From assembly GCF_964204645.1 (NCBI RefSeq), contig NC_134031.1, positions 13,255,807 through 13,319,806 of the forward strand: a stretch of DNA of 64,000 nucleotides, written 5' to 3'. Source of the stretch: Tubulanus polymorphus (lineage: Eukaryota > Animalia > Nemertea). The notes below the pieces were generated by a model. The model was not told the origin of the DNA. It did no database searches and worked only from the letters and a program-made list of their open reading frames with translations. Each line of letters begins with the position of its first letter. The stretch's first letter is position 1. The translations under genes and the position numbers were made by a program. Shown here piece after piece: positions 1-13,402 of the stretch.

Positions 1-1408
1 TCTTGATACTGTATTATCACCATGCTTAAAAATGGATCTGTCCTATTAAGAACTCATCTTAAGCACCTGCTGAGTCGATAGATTGAGTGAATTTACAGAT
101 AAGAATGTACTATGATTTAGAATAGATTTAAGAAGTTAATGTTTTTATTGAAATATTTGAATAAATACATATATTGTAGTGTAGATTCAATAAATTATGA
201 ATTGATCTGGTCTGGGTTTCCGGCTGATGTTGATTTTGGCTTTTATGGATTACAAATTCTATAGTGATAAACAATTGATACCTGCAACATGTGTGTAAAT
301 CAAACCTATTCCACTAGTTGCGTGTGTTTCCTAATAAATGGGAGAGTCACTCTTGATCCGAGTTATTAGAAAAATAATGTTCATTTAGTTATAGACATTC
401 ATTGCCTTTTTGGAAATTCTGTAATAATATTTGTTCTGTCCTAATTTTTATTACTGTATGAACCAATGATATGCTTTGTAAATATGATGTAATAAAATAA
501 ATTTGAATTTGAATTAAATTTGAACATGAGAATCAAGCATAACTTGTGTTTTTTCAACTTGTCTTTTGTTAACAGTTCCAGAGTTTCAATTACAATCAAA
601 TCCAAATTGGCTAAAAAGTACATAGGACTAAATGAAATGAACCGTTAGTTACTGCAAACCTATTCCAGTGTTATGTCGATCGTGTTGAATCACTTTCCCT
701 GAGTTGAAAGAATCAGATCTTCTATGGTGCAACATCGGTCCAAGAGAGATTTTTTGGTGTTGACTGTCCTTGACCATCTAACTTTATGCGTTTGACATTG
801 GAATCAGCATCATACCCATTTGAACTGCAAAATATTCACACAACATGAAAACCTACAGTACATGTATACAGTAATGAAACTTTCACCGATGTTGGATATT
901 TGAATGAACGTTGGGCTTATTTCAGTATTCTAAAGCAGGAAATAATAAGCCCAATAAATAGGCCCTATTCCAATTGGAACAATTGTATAATGCGTACAGC
1001 AGCACTTATCAGTCAAGTATGGAGAAATCGGTATACCAAACCTACGAACAGCAAAATGTACAGGCCTACAATGATTTCTGGTATACAAGCCGTGACCACA
1101 TGAACGTTTTGGTTTGACTATTAATGTCAGCAGGTCAGAGAAGGCCTGGCCAAATTTAATCACATGGCTCAAATCAATTAGCCTTTCTGCGTGTGAATAC
1201 TTCACTGTATTGTTTTAAAAATAGGCCTATCGAGTGAATTAGTACAAAGACTGAATTAGACTTTAGGCTAGTCCTGACCAAATCCTATCCATGTTATAAT
1301 TGCACCAGTTATAGTAACATCACTGTAGGGCCGACGAGAGGGAAAAAGTTGTGTTTGTAGTACTTAGGCATGGTAGGCTTGTCGTACTCACTTAATACTT
1401 AAAATGCT

Positions 1409-1758
1409 GTTGTTACCTGTACGTGACTGTACGGTGATTTCTACAGGTTAGCCGTATGTGAGTACGTTGACGCTCAGACTTGCAATATTGGGATTCGAAA
1501 CCAAACGAAAAAAAAACCAGTTGTAGTACAGTGATTTACCCATGGTGCCACAGAACGTAACTGCAGGGTGGATGAAATTTGATTTACAAATAGCCTAGCC
1601 TCACCTAACCCAAACTCTATTCTTTCACGAATGCGCGTTTGCAGATTATAGGAACTCACATACGGCGTTTTTAGGGAACTCACGTACGGCGTTTTTTAGG
1701 GAACTCACGTACGGTTAAACTGTGGATATCACCGTACAGTCACGTACGCATAACAACT
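1409..1758. mobile_element. Small MITE-like element with imperfect ~55-bp inverted ends and an internal 3x GGAACTCACGTACGG repeat
   Basis: gttgttacctgtacgtgactgtacggtgat (~1409) is the imperfect reverse complement of atcaccgtacagtcacgtacgcataacaac (~1728-1758). Tandem units lie at ~1651-1713. Confidence 0.55.
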
Positions 1759-3089
1759 TCGTACTTAAAAAATGGTATTGGCTACTATATAATAGGCCTA
1801 TAGACAAATAAATACCGGTAGGCTTTCTTAGCTTACACACTTCACAACCGAACCAACTGACCAACCAGTATATTTATTCCCAGTACGCACCAACCGGCAC
1901 AGGCCTAACACTGTTTGTCAACTGTGTGTACCGTAGTAGGCTATCGATAATCACCTGATACTTTTCTGTCGTTTGTTTTCTCTCTGAGACGAACGTAATT
2001 CTGCACCGAAATTCTAGTAGCCCTCCGCGACTCAACGACCTTGATTTAAACTTGATCAATTAAAAATCTGTTTATTGACGCTTTTGGTTACATGAACTGA
2101 TCAGCAATATACTTAAATGAAATAACCGGAATAACAAGAAATCAAAAATATTAAAGAGGTAACAAACAAATTCCCGTAAATCTGTCAGACATGCGAACGC
2201 CGGACTCGTAAACTATTGGACTCGGACCCGCTGAGCAATAAATTCATAAAATTGACTTTGAAATTGATTGTGGAGAAGAGAGGGAATTATTCGATAGCTC
2301 TTCCTCGAAAAGAAGAGAGAAAATCGGAAAGAAAACACAACATGGCTACTAATTGAACGGAGCCAAATTTCCGATGTTTACGGCTCGACAGTGCCTTTAT
2401 AACGTGGATTTATCAAAATTCCCATGCAGTATCTGGAGATTGAAGTGAGCTGAAGGATATCATACGGATTGTATCGGCGACTGCGGTAAGGTAAGGAAGC
2501 CTTTACGCTTTTAACAAAAACTATGTGGAAAAGGGGGAAAAAAATAATAAATATAGCTGCAAAGCAGCGATAACAGGTTTTCTGAGCAGGCGTGCTATTC
2601 ATAGTTTGAAAAGTGGATAATAGAAATATATCAATACGGGATACGCATTTGACGTGTCAAGTCACACCAATGCGGTTTAACATAACATAATTTATAGTTA
2701 TAGTCTAATTGGGGGTTACTCGGGTCGTTTATTGTCTGCGGAGTCGAGTAGATTGGTTACCCGGAAGTAGTGCGCATGCGCGAAGGGGAAAGGCTGTCTG
2801 CTAACAGCTCCGATCAATTTCGGATTTTTGGACCTAAAACTAGCTAACGGACTGTGTATTCACTACATATTATCAGATTCGGCCCAAGGAACCATCAGAA
2901 ATTGCTGAAGCGCTGCGACAACGTAAATTGGTTGCATTTGCAGTAGTTTTAAGTCGGTTAGAGACGTTGATTTTGACACTTGGCAACACGTGTGTTTACA
3001 CCGGAAGTAAACAAACCAGCGCTCACAGAAATCCATACGCAGAGGAAATAGGACAACTTCATTTTATTATTAACTGACAAGTTAGCTGT

Positions 3090-4697
3090 TTGAAACCAAC
3101 TATGATGGCTTCGGGATTAAACGAAGGGAATAAGTATTCAATACGTAATAATGAAGCTAACGAAACGAACAGTATTGACGAAATAAACATTTTGGATGTT
3201 TCAAGTAGCAACCAGGTGGTGCCAGCGTCGATTCGCGAAAACCAGGAAAACTCTAAAAATTCACGTAGGACATCGCTGGCACTGGAGCTATCAAATCATC
3301 AGGACGCGGCAGGTACATCGAATGTTTACTATTGTTCACCTACTAACACCACTACTAACAACACATCCCCCAGTACCGTTGTTACTAATACACTACTAAA
3401 TCCGACTCACGATGACTGGCCCGATGATAACAACAGAAATGAAGAGTGGCAGGATGACTGGAGATCCGAGGGGGACGATAGCTCTGATCCCGAACACTTG
3501 ACCACGCCAAAATTGAAGAATCAACAGAGAGTCAAATATCACCTCTCCGGTTCCTCACGTACTAGACAGTTCATCAGACCGCAGCAAGGGATATCATCTA
3601 CATCAGCTAGTTTCAGTAGACCAACATATCTGGCAGCTGAATCGGATACACCGATAGGGTTCTCCCCGATACCTAAGATAAGAATATCCAAAAACACTTC
3701 AAACATGCCAGAAAATAGTATGGATATTGAGATCGGGCCCCATAAAGGAGACAAACCCATCCAGCAAGCTAGTAAAAAAAGGAAGATGAATATATGTCTA
3801 TCTTGTGGGGACAGTGGACGCAATATCAGTTGTTCGATATGTCAAGGCAACTGGTGCGAAACCTGCGTCAGAACGATGTACGAAGATATTGACCTGAAAA
3901 ATTTGATGTTCTTCATCTGCAAGCCATGCAAGGAGGATCTTCCTAACCTAAGCAGAACAAGAAATGAGTTTAGTCCTGAAATTACCGGTACTCATAGTTT
4001 CTCACCGGAGGACTTAGCTTGCATGAAAGATATTTTCAAAGCTGGAATCAAAGAGGTTGCCGATCAAAAAGTAGACAAGGACGACTTCAAGCAACTTCTA
4101 ACTGAATTCAGTAAGCTCAACACAAAGGTTGAAACGATGAGCACAAACCTTGAAAAGTCTGAGACCAAGAGGATACAGGAAATTGAAGAGAAAGTAACAC
4201 AAAATATAGAAAGCGATATTCGTGATATAACCGATAGTATCCTGGAGTCAAGACAGAGACGTACCCACCTGATCCTGTACAACGTCCCCGAATGCAATGA
4301 CCCGGACTGGAAAGTTAGATTAAAAACAGATAGTGATGCTGTCGAACGATTTCTCACTATTACTCTGGGAGCATCAGTCGAAAAACCAAAGCACCTGATG
4401 AGATTGGGATCCCAACGTACAGACGGGTCAGACAGACCTCTTAGAGTAATATTGAATACGGAATGGGAAAAAGATTCATGCTTAGATCGCTATCTCAACA
4501 AACTTCGATACAATAGGGATACTTTAGGAAATATCAGAATGAGCGAAAATAAATCAAAACTTGAAATGAAAAAGTACAAGAAACTACGTGACGAACTTGA
4601 AAGAAGACAGCAAAAAGGGGAGAAAAACTTGACAATCAGAAATTACCGAATAGTTGAACAACGAGCCAACAACAGGAGAGATAACAGCTTTCGATAA
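3090..4697 (+). CDS. LINE ORF1 protein (PHD-like zinc finger, coiled coil, RRM-like domain)
   Basis: CLSC...CSICQGNWCETC...FFICKPC finger; coiled coil; RRTHLILYNVPE...RLG...RPLRVIL motifs typical of CR1/L2 ORF1. Confidence 0.85.
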   Translation: MKPTMMASGLNEGNKYSIRNNEANETNSIDEINILDVSSSNQVVPASIRENQENSKNSRRTSLALELSNHQDAAGTSNVYYCSPTNTTTNNTSPSTVVTNTLLNPTHDDWPDDNNRNEEWQDDWRSEGDDSSDPEHLTTPKLKNQQRVKYHLSGSSRTRQFIRPQQGISSTSASFSRPTYLAAESDTPIGFSPIPKIRISKNTSNMPENSMDIEIGPHKGDKPIQQASKKRKMNICLSCGDSGRNISCSICQGNWCETCVRTMYEDIDLKNLMFFICKPCKEDLPNLSRTRNEFSPEITGTHSFSPEDLACMKDIFKAGIKEVADQKVDKDDFKQLLTEFSKLNTKVETMSTNLEKSETKRIQEIEEKVTQNIESDIRDITDSILESRQRRTHLILYNVPECNDPDWKVRLKTDSDAVERFLTITLGASVEKPKHLMRLGSQRTDGSDRPLRVILNTEWEKDSCLDRYLNKLRYNRDTLGNIRMSENKSKLEMKKYKKLRDELERRQQKGEKNLTIRNYRIVEQRANNRRDNSFR

Positions 4698-7600
4698 AAG
4701 GGATGTAGACCAACAGCCAATCAAAGTTTGCATCCCAGAAAACACCAGAAAAATTTACAAAAATCAGGACGATCAAAAAACGCATGAAACGAAAACTGAA
4801 AAAATTCATAAAATTCGAGATAATAAATTCCAAGTAATCGAACGGAACTCCAATCAAAACGCCAGTCGACAAATTCAACTGGAGAAATTAACTTGTTTAA
4901 TGACTAATGCCGATCAATTGCCTAATAAAATAGACGAACTGGAGCTAATGGTAAATCAGTACTCGCCTCACATAATTGGGATCAGTGAAGTGAAGGCTAA
5001 AAACCCGAGAAGTACTACACGAAACAAGCCACCAAATATCAGGGGCTATGACTGTTTCAGCAATCTCGAGTCAGAGGCAGATAGCAGGGGAATATGCCTG
5101 TACATAAAAAGTGTGCTTTCCCCAGTACCCTTTCAGCTGAAGACAAAGTTCTCCGAAAATGTTTGGGCTTCGGTTAACCTAGAAAATGACAGAAAACTAC
5201 ATGTAGGATGTATATATAGGAGCCCAAACTCAAACGACGAAAATAACAATAAACTTCTGAAAATGCTAGATGAAATTTCACAACAAAATGCAGAAATGGT
5301 ATTTTTCGGAGACTTCAACTATAGTGAAATTGAATGGGGAACACCTGAATGTAGCAAACCACCAGGACACCGTGCCTCAAAATTCCTGAATGCTACTCAG
5401 GATGCTTTCCTAACTCAACATCAGCTCGAACCATCTCGTTTCCGCGAAAACAACCAACCTAGCAATTTGGATCTTATCTTCACGAACAGAGAAGGAAAGA
5501 TATCCTCGATAGAACACACTTCTGGTCTTGGAAAGAGTGACCACAACATTATAACATTTGATTATAATTCATCAGTCTCCTACACAAGAAATATCCAGGA
5601 TAAGGTGCAATACTCCAAAGGTGATTATGATAAACTACGACGATTAACTCAGCGAAACTGGGCTGATGAAATGAAAAATATGAGTGTCGAGGAAAGTTGG
5701 GAGCACTTCAAATCAATAATAAAAGAGGCAGGGGAAAAGTCTATTCCTACTTCAAAATATAGTGGCGAAAGCAAACCTAGGCCACTCTGGATGACCCCGG
5801 ATACTTTGAAATCAGTGAAAGAAAAGAAGAAGTCATGGAGGAAATATTTAAAAACGAAATGTGACCAAGATTATGCTCAATATGTCACCGTCAGAAATAA
5901 AACCAGAAGAGATCTAAGGAAAGCTAAGAGGAACTTGGAAAAGAACATAGCCGAAACAGCCAAAACTAATCCAAAGGCTTTTTGGCAATATGCAAATAGT
6001 AAACTAACAAATAAGCAAGATATACCGCCTCTATACACATCCTTAGACCAAAACACCCTTACTGATTCCGATGACATAAAAGCGGAAGTTTTTGCCGTCT
6101 ATTTCGCATCCGTATTCGTTAACGAAGACTTGCAGAATATTCCTGTTTTACATGATGTGCCAGAGCGCCCAAAACTAGAAAATATAGAAATCAAAGAAGA
6201 CAAAGTTTTAAAATTATTAGAGAAAATCAAGGTCAACAAATCTCCAGGTCCAGATCGACTCCACCCCAGAGTACTCTTTGAAGCTAGAGAAAACCTTTAT
6301 GTACCTCTTACAGTCATTTTCAACAAGTCGTTACTAAGTGGTGAAATACCAAAAGACTGGAAACTCGGGTGTGTTACCCCGTTGTTCAAAAAGGGAGATA
6401 AACATAAAGCTGAAAATTACAGACCCGTAAGTTTAACTTCCCTCGCATCCAAGCTTATGGAGACGCTAATTAGAGACGCTGTGACGAAACATCTGGAAGA
6501 AAATAAATTGTTATCGAACGACCAACATGGATTCAGGTCGGGAAGGTCTACCACCACAAATCTGTTAGATTCACTTGACGATTGGACTGAAGCACTGGAT
6601 AATGGATATGCAATCGATTGTATATACCTTGATTTTCAAAAAGCATTCGATACAGTGGCCCACCATAGATTAAACTTAAGGATAAAGCACATTGGTATAA
6701 CAGGCATCATCGGTCGATGGATTGAAAATTTTCTTAAAGACAGAAAGCAATGCGTTCGGGTAAATAACAGATGTTCATCGTGGAGAGAGATCAAAAGTGG
6801 TGTACCGCAAGGTAGTGTATTGGGACCTACACTATTCACTATATACATAAACGACCTTCCAGGGGTAACAAGTGTCCCTACAAAGCTCTTTGCTGATGAC
6901 AAGAAGTTGTATAACATCATCAGATCAAGAAACGATTGTGAAAAACTGCAGGAAAGTGTTCTAAACGTAACAAATTGGTCGAACACATGGGACCTAAGTT
7001 TCCACCCAGAAAAGGCAAACAGGCTCAGAATTGGACCCAAAACGAATCCTTTCAACTACAGCTTGAGTGGTGTACCTATAAAAAGAAGTACCGCCGAAAA
7101 AGACCTCGGAGTGATTATAGATGATAAAATTAACTTTAAAACCCATATAACCGATTCTGCTAACAAAGCTAACAGAGTACTCTACACGATAAAAAGAACG
7201 ATGCACTTCCAAGACACTCGTGCTTTTCTGCTACTGTATAAATCACTAGTGCGTCCTATACTAGAATACGGAGTGTGTGTTTGGGCACCAAACTCTATCG
7301 CCGAGATTGACAAACTCGAAAGTATCCAGAGGAGAGCTACGAAGATGATTAGAAATATTAGACATGTTCCATATGAACAACGATTACAAGTACTAAATCT
7401 CCCCAGCCTATCTTATAGAAGACTGCGTGGAGATATGATCGAAACCTACAAGTATCTCCATAAAATAAATCGCGCAAGCTCCATCGTCCATCTAGACCCT
7501 AGACCAAGAGAAACACGAGGGCACTCTCTAAAACTGGAGAAACGTAGAAGCAAAAAATCTATATGAGCGAACTTCTTCAGCAATCGAATAGTGAATATCT

Positions 7601-7713
7601 GGAATTCTCTACCTGATGATGTTGTATCATGCGAATCACTAGACCTATTCAAGAAAAAACTCGACAAGCAATGGACAAATTACGAACTGAAATTTAATTA
7701 TAAAGCAAAATGA
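4654..7713 (+). CDS. LINE ORF2: AP endonuclease + reverse transcriptase, with one premature stop at 7564-7566
   Basis: APE motifs (IGISE, YRSPNS, GDFN, LDLIF, SDH) and RT motifs (KSPGPD, NYRPVSL, QHGF, DFQKAFD, GVPQGSVLGP, FADD). The frame continues past TGA 7564 (ANFFSNRIVNIWNSLP...) to TGA 7711-7713. Confidence 0.92.
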
Positions 7714-9499
7714 ACTGAAACTAGTCCATCCCCTTTTAGCAGCGCACTACGACGCAGATAACGGACTATGTACAGCTAACCAGTGCAAGATCGCAGAGCG
7801 GTCACTCACTTATATGCTGATACTGATACTGATACCCGTCTGTAACATTGGTTACGGAAACGACTCGTCAGCTTGATGAGTTGTATGTATTATGATTGTG
7901 CGCCACCTGCATCTTCCGAAATAATGTTCATATAATTATTTGAAGGGAGGATTGAAATCAATTATCAACGTACATCTGAATATGTAATAGTCCTTAGTAA
8001 CTTTCTGTAACAGAGGGCATAGAAAAGATTTTTGAAATTATTTAATTAAAATATAAATTTTATTTACGAAAAATAAACTATTATGGTCAGTACAGATTGA
8101 AAATTCATAGTATATTTTTAAGAACAAGCTTACATAGCTTACAGAATACATCACGTACAGAATACATCACGTACATTTGAATTTTATAGGTGATGGGTAA
8201 AAATCAACGTGTGACAGAAAAAAATGTAGTTAATTATTTAACAATATCGAAATATGTGCTCTCTTTTTAAACTAATGGAGTGATACGCAATTAATCACAT
8301 GGCCTGTATTAAAAGATAGAACATACAAGTTGGATATTTATAAGTCGAAACATGTGAACAGAAACTAAAACTTTGATGTCAGTGACCAGTATCGAATTAC
8401 ACAACGACAATTGGCTTTAAACTCAACAAACATTATTAAAGAATGTTTCAAACAAAATGCTTTATATAACGACATGAATAAACTTGTTTTACAAAACAAG
8501 AAAGTACATTTTGAACTTTTGAATGGTCGAATCCCATTTATTCACAGTAACCTGTGATGTGGCGATCCTCGGAGCCATCATTCTTGATGACATCACTAAC
8601 AAGTGGTCACGGCCGTCGCGTGCACTCATTTCTTTGAAAATCTCGCTTCCTCGCGGAGCGGGACCTGGTGACGCTGCGCCCCGCCCTCTTCGCGCTGGGA
8701 AATATCTTATTCCCAGTCAGCAAAGACAGGTTCTAAAGATCATAGAGTGCATCGCTGGAGGGTTTCCGATCCAATTTGAATCGGTGCGGTGGCGCTCTCA
8801 ATGCGGAAGTTTTTGTAAATTTTTCAGTCGGCGACGGACGTTTATCGTTGTAAGTGATGTAATATGTAAAAAAATGCAGGGAAACCTATCTCAATTTGTT
8901 TTTAGCGATGCAGCGGAACTAATAAGGAACATTTTGATATATAACATGACTATAGTACACTAATCACTATCCCTGATGGAATAATAAGCTCCACTCGACA
9001 AACTCGTTCCCATACATTTTTATCTCTCTGTTTCACACACACAGCCCCTCTACCATCAATGCCTAACCCCTGTTCGACCAACTGTGGGCGTTTTCCTTTG
9101 AAACATAAGCCTAATTGTAAAAGATAAGCATTAATCTATGTTAATGCTGCATCTTTATCATGAAACCTAAGAAAGATTATTCTATTATTTAGGCCTATTC
9201 AAATTTTCTGTCCACTACCACGTGGAAATAAGACCCAGTCAAAATTGTGCATCACGCTTTGACGAAGAAATTGGTTCTAGGCTATAAATTTTACGACTCA
9301 AACGAATCTTTTCCTCAACAAAGCCGCTTTTAGTTTGATGCAAAATGAAATTTGCTTTTAAAAAGTGTAACTAGGCCTAATCAAAAGGATATTTCAAAAG
9401 CAAACTTTGCCGGGCCAAGAGCCATATTGAATTCAATTTTTTCCGAACCATTATGCCTCTTTCATCATAACATTATTTATCCTATTTCAAGATCTTAGG

Positions 9500-10162
9500 C
9501 CTACAAGTAGAGAGAGGGCCTACGTTGGGTTCAAATCGGAATTTTAAGATTTATTTCATTTAATTCCAGGTTTTCACTGTAGATTATCAAAGACATGTGG
9601 CGTTGTGGGAGTTCATAGTTGTTTGATAATCCATCATTTGTAAGTGTAAGGCTATTTGAGGGATTCGAAACCGACATTTTGTAAATTTTGTAGCTTTATT
9701 ACGTTTAATCCCAGATGTTTATCATGACACATTTCATTTTGGGGGTTTGTCAGCGAGTTGGTATGCTGTCGGCAGAAGTAGTTTGATAATTCGTTTCATG
9801 TAAGTAAACAGCTATTTGAAGGATTCGAAACCGAAATCTGTATTGTGAATTTTTTAGTTGCATTTTGTTTGATTCTAGGTGAATAGGACATGATTCATTA
9901 TGGGAGTTTGTCCGCGAGTTTGTATACTGTCAAATGAAGTTTCTTCGTCAATTTGTCGTATGTAAGTATCAATCTATAGGTTATATAGGCCCTATTAGGG
10001 GTTCGATACAGAAATTTGGTGAATTCCTCAGATTTATTTTAATTTATTCCAGGTTGTTATCAGAAAAATATACTTTATTTCATAGGTTGGTCTTTGATTG
10101 AAAACTAAAAATGGATGATAGTTCTAAATTTGATGTTGATCACATGACCAATCTAGTAAGTA
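9500..10162 (+). repeat. About four diverged ~160-bp tandem units, each resembling an exon plus a short intron
   Basis: Acceptors (ccag/ctag) at ~9569, 9715, 9878 and 10052; gtaagt donors at ~9641, 9800, 9962 and 10157; a recurring GG(A/G)TTCGA(A/T)AC motif in the spacers. Confidence 0.5.
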
Positions 10163-12008
10163 TGGCTCACTCGTCTTTTAGAATAAGAGACCTATTGCAT
10201 TAATCCTTCAATTCAAGTTGCTATACAACCTTTTATACAGATATTTACCTTATCAATATAAACATGTATTTGCCATTAGCCATACAATTCAGTAAAACTT
10301 TTCCCGTCCAGATTTTGAAACATCATTTGACTCAATTTTTCCTCCTAGAAAATTGCTTTAGCTCATTCCAATGTTCGCAGTAAAAGTGAATGTAGCATGT
10401 ATGATTCCCATCCATCAATTTTGTCTTGTTTCGTATTTTTAGCGAAAATCTCGAAAAAGTCTGACGTCGAGGCAGGTGGTGGCCAGACAGACATATTCTT
10501 GGGAATTATTTAAAGACGCATGGCAAACACACTTATTGTTCAATTTTTTCCTATCCTTATTTTGAAATTGAAGTATTGTAATAAACTATTGATTTATTTT
10601 TGTTGATCAACGCAACTAGTTTTGTTGTTTTCTTTCTTAATTTACATTTGAATTGGATGGTTATCTTGCATAGGAGTCAGTTTTTCATCGAAGCAATACA
10701 GTCTAACTTGTTGACGTCTCCGATGCAGCGGGGCAGGGCGGTCATTATATTGTGGACTTATCCAAATTACACTTACACAGCCCAACGTGTTTCAGTGTGT
10801 AAACTCCGTCGTACTCGGCATTATAAGACAGTGAGGAATTGAGTTTTAGTCACCTGAGCCCTCGGCTTGATTCGACCAAAAAGACCTTAACTGACTTCAC
10901 AGAATTTGATTATGAGTCAAGGATTTTCTAAATTTCTGAATGCTTTCTCTGGTTTTAAGATCAATTCAAATTCAATCTTCAAAATATTTTATTGAAAGAA
11001 ATTCTACTGAAGACAGATTTTGAAATGAAGGATATATCCAGGCAAATAATTATAGCAAAATCAACTGATGATCATCAAGGTGAAGTTTTCATTCATCTTC
11101 GGCTAATTTGTCTACCCCTGATGATTGAAACATTTTGGTTACTCGTGCCAATTAGTCAGCCACAGTCGATTTTCATGCCATCTGACCTCTTTCCATCTGT
11201 AATTAAGCAATCAAATGTAAGAATTACTTAGGTAAGGAGTGAAATAATATATAGATATCTTAGGAGACTATTTGAAATCATGAGTTTGTTGTGAAAATCT
11301 ATTACTACAGTCTCGTAGAGCATAGACACCAAGCCACGTGGCATTGGTATTTTAAGGGCTATTCAGTTTACTCCAAAACAAGTCAATGATTAACATTAAA
11401 AAAGCTTCATATCAAGGGTATGTCGCAGGACTCGTGACGCCCATGAATTATCATCCCATAATTACAATGAATCCAATTCTGCATGTACGTTAGTACGACT
11501 GATTACTAATCCAAATATTGCATTACAAAAAAAAATTACGCAAAACGTCAAGTACTTACAGCATCTGAGACAGTTGCGCTTAAGTTAGCGTGTTAAGTTA
11601 CGTCTTTGGCTGTCAATGTCGAAAAAGCCTAATTTGAAACATACATTTGCGCACTGTGGTTTAATATTCCTGCAAGAATCCGCAAAGGAATTGAAGACCG
11701 TAGTGCCCAGTTCATTCCACGAATAATAGCTGGAAAGAAAGTAATCAAAATAAATTGTCATGCACATTCAGTGTAAACCAGGCCATAACTAGCTGCTATT
11801 AAGGCATTCCACCGACTGGCTCTACCCATTATATTTAGGGCCTAAATCTATTCTAGGCGCATCCCCCAAAAAAGCTAGGCATTAAGTTAGTAGCCAACAA
11901 TGATCATTGCTACACCGAGTAGGCCTACTCATTTGCTACCATACTCATATTATTAAAGAAATCATTTAATACATTCCCTGGTTAACGGATTCTCACCTTA
12001 AAATACAT

Positions 12009-12045
12009 CATAGAACTATAACGGAATATCCGTTATAGTTCTATG
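12009..12045. mobile_element. 37-bp palindromic micro-element (CATAG...CTATG) with a 7-bp target-site duplication
   Basis: aatacat | catagaactataacgg aatat ccgttatagttctatg | aatacat. Confidence 0.7.
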
Positions 12046-12368
12046 AATACATAAACTCCGCTGTCGTTGTCATCGATACGAGTCGTCAACTGAACGCGGA
12101 AGTAAAATTCCGTGTGAAAATTCCTACAATTTCTGTCCATATCACGTTGATTTGACCCCGAAATCTTCAGGAAATGTAGCCAACGTAAATTGATTTACGA
12201 ATAGATTTAATCAATTGACTCATTTCAGAAATCATAGTTTCGTGAAATTCATTAAAGTCCTAAAACTCGCGATAAATTTAAGCCGAAAATGATTTCAACC
12301 ATCCACCATGTTGTTTCATTAATAAAACAATTGTTGCGCGCCGGCGCTGTACTGTGATAATGCATGGT

Positions 12369-12438
12369 TTCACTAGGATTCGAACCCTCGACCTCTCAGT
12401 TGGGAGTCAAACACCTTATCCACCATGCCACAGGACAG
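12369..12438 (-). pseudogene. tRNA-derived sequence (tRNA-Gly(CCC)-like pseudogene or SINE head)
   Basis: Minus strand shows A-box TGGCATGGTGG, anticodon loop CT-CCC-AA and B-box GGTTCGAATCC. The acceptor stem does not pair well. Confidence 0.55.
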
Positions 12439-12801
12439 GGCGCTGTTATTATCGTTAGTGGGAGTACCCGACAGGGCGAGTCGCGATTGCTAATATCATC
12501 CGGTGTTATCTTTCAGTAAGTAATTTTAAGTTTAAAATAGGACGGAGAGTGCATAGGTATAATCTACGCGGAGCGAATGCGTGTTATATTACTATCAGAA
12601 TTCTACATTTCAATTAGAAGTAGTTAGTTGTCGAATCTGATAGAAGATGAATATGGAAAATATGTAAATAATAATAATAATAATCAACAGAATTACAAAA
12701 GGGTTTTCGACGAAAGTCAGAAAACCCTAATAATCACGCGAATTTCAATAGGGTTTTCTGTGAAGAAACAGAAAACCCTAATGAGCATTGAATATTTTAC
12801 C

Positions 12802-13402
12802 AGCTTCACAGGCACTTGAATATGGGCTTTGATAATGGATAAATATTTAATGATTCACCAGCGATACGTTATTCCTACTTCGATAATCCACCATGTTTTA
12901 TAATATTTTACCCATGATGCAACGCGCGCCCGTCGTTTAACTATACTATACAGAGAGGCTGGAAACGATCCTATCTCCGTAATGCTTAAATCTACCGGCA
13001 ATTATCGGGACAGCCAAACACTGCCGATGATTGCCGAAGTACGTCCCAAGTGTCAATTTTAATCCTGAAATATGAGGAGCGCCCATGATTTCAATTGTAG
13101 ATGATTTTTTGGAAACATTGACACTGTTTTAGCTACATTAAAGATTTTAACTGGCAACAAAATTGATTTTTGAAAATTCGCGATGCCTCTATGGGATTGC
13201 TGTGACGTCATCTGTCCCGATATTTGCGGGTAGATTTAAGCATTACGGAGATAGGAGCGTTTCCAGCCTTTCTGTATAGTATAGTTAAACGACATTGGAT
13301 CATGGGTAAAACAGTTGCATCATGGATAATTAAGATGGCAACCCCGTTGGTGTTTTTATCGTAGACAAGGTCAAAGCCCATATTCAAGTGCCTGTGCCAG
13401 CT
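12802..13402. mobile_element. MITE/foldback with ~30-bp outer TIRs and a nested ~65-bp inner inverted-repeat pair (12932-13293)
   Basis: Outer pair cacaggcacttgaatatgggctttga / tcaaagcccatattcaagtgcctgtg. Inner pair gtcgtttaactatactatacaga...aaatctacc / ggtagattt...tatagttaaacgac. Confidence 0.75.

Larger units (their letters stand above)
2790..7835 (+). mobile_element. Near full-length CR1-clade non-LTR retrotransposon (LINE)
   Basis: ORF1 plus an APE-RT ORF2 with a CR1-type C-terminus (TRGHSLKL...FFSNRIVNIWNSLP) and a (CTGATA)n tail at 7817-7835. The 5' boundary is approximate. Confidence 0.9.

Noticed and set aside
722-824. Minus-strand segment (SNGYDADSNVKRIKLDG...stop) that is phase-compatible as the last HMCES exon
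   Set aside because: It is 16 kb from exon 8 with no recognisable HMCES similarity. Phase match and an NLS-like word are too weak without transcripts.
8523-8963. 146-aa ORF over a GC-rich patch
   Set aside because: No recognisable motifs; more likely a promoter-like or repeat-derived region.
10246-12110. Exon-like minus-strand pieces (e.g. MNWALRSSIPLRILAG at ~11645-11715)
   Set aside because: They could not be joined into a consistent ORF or matched to a protein family.
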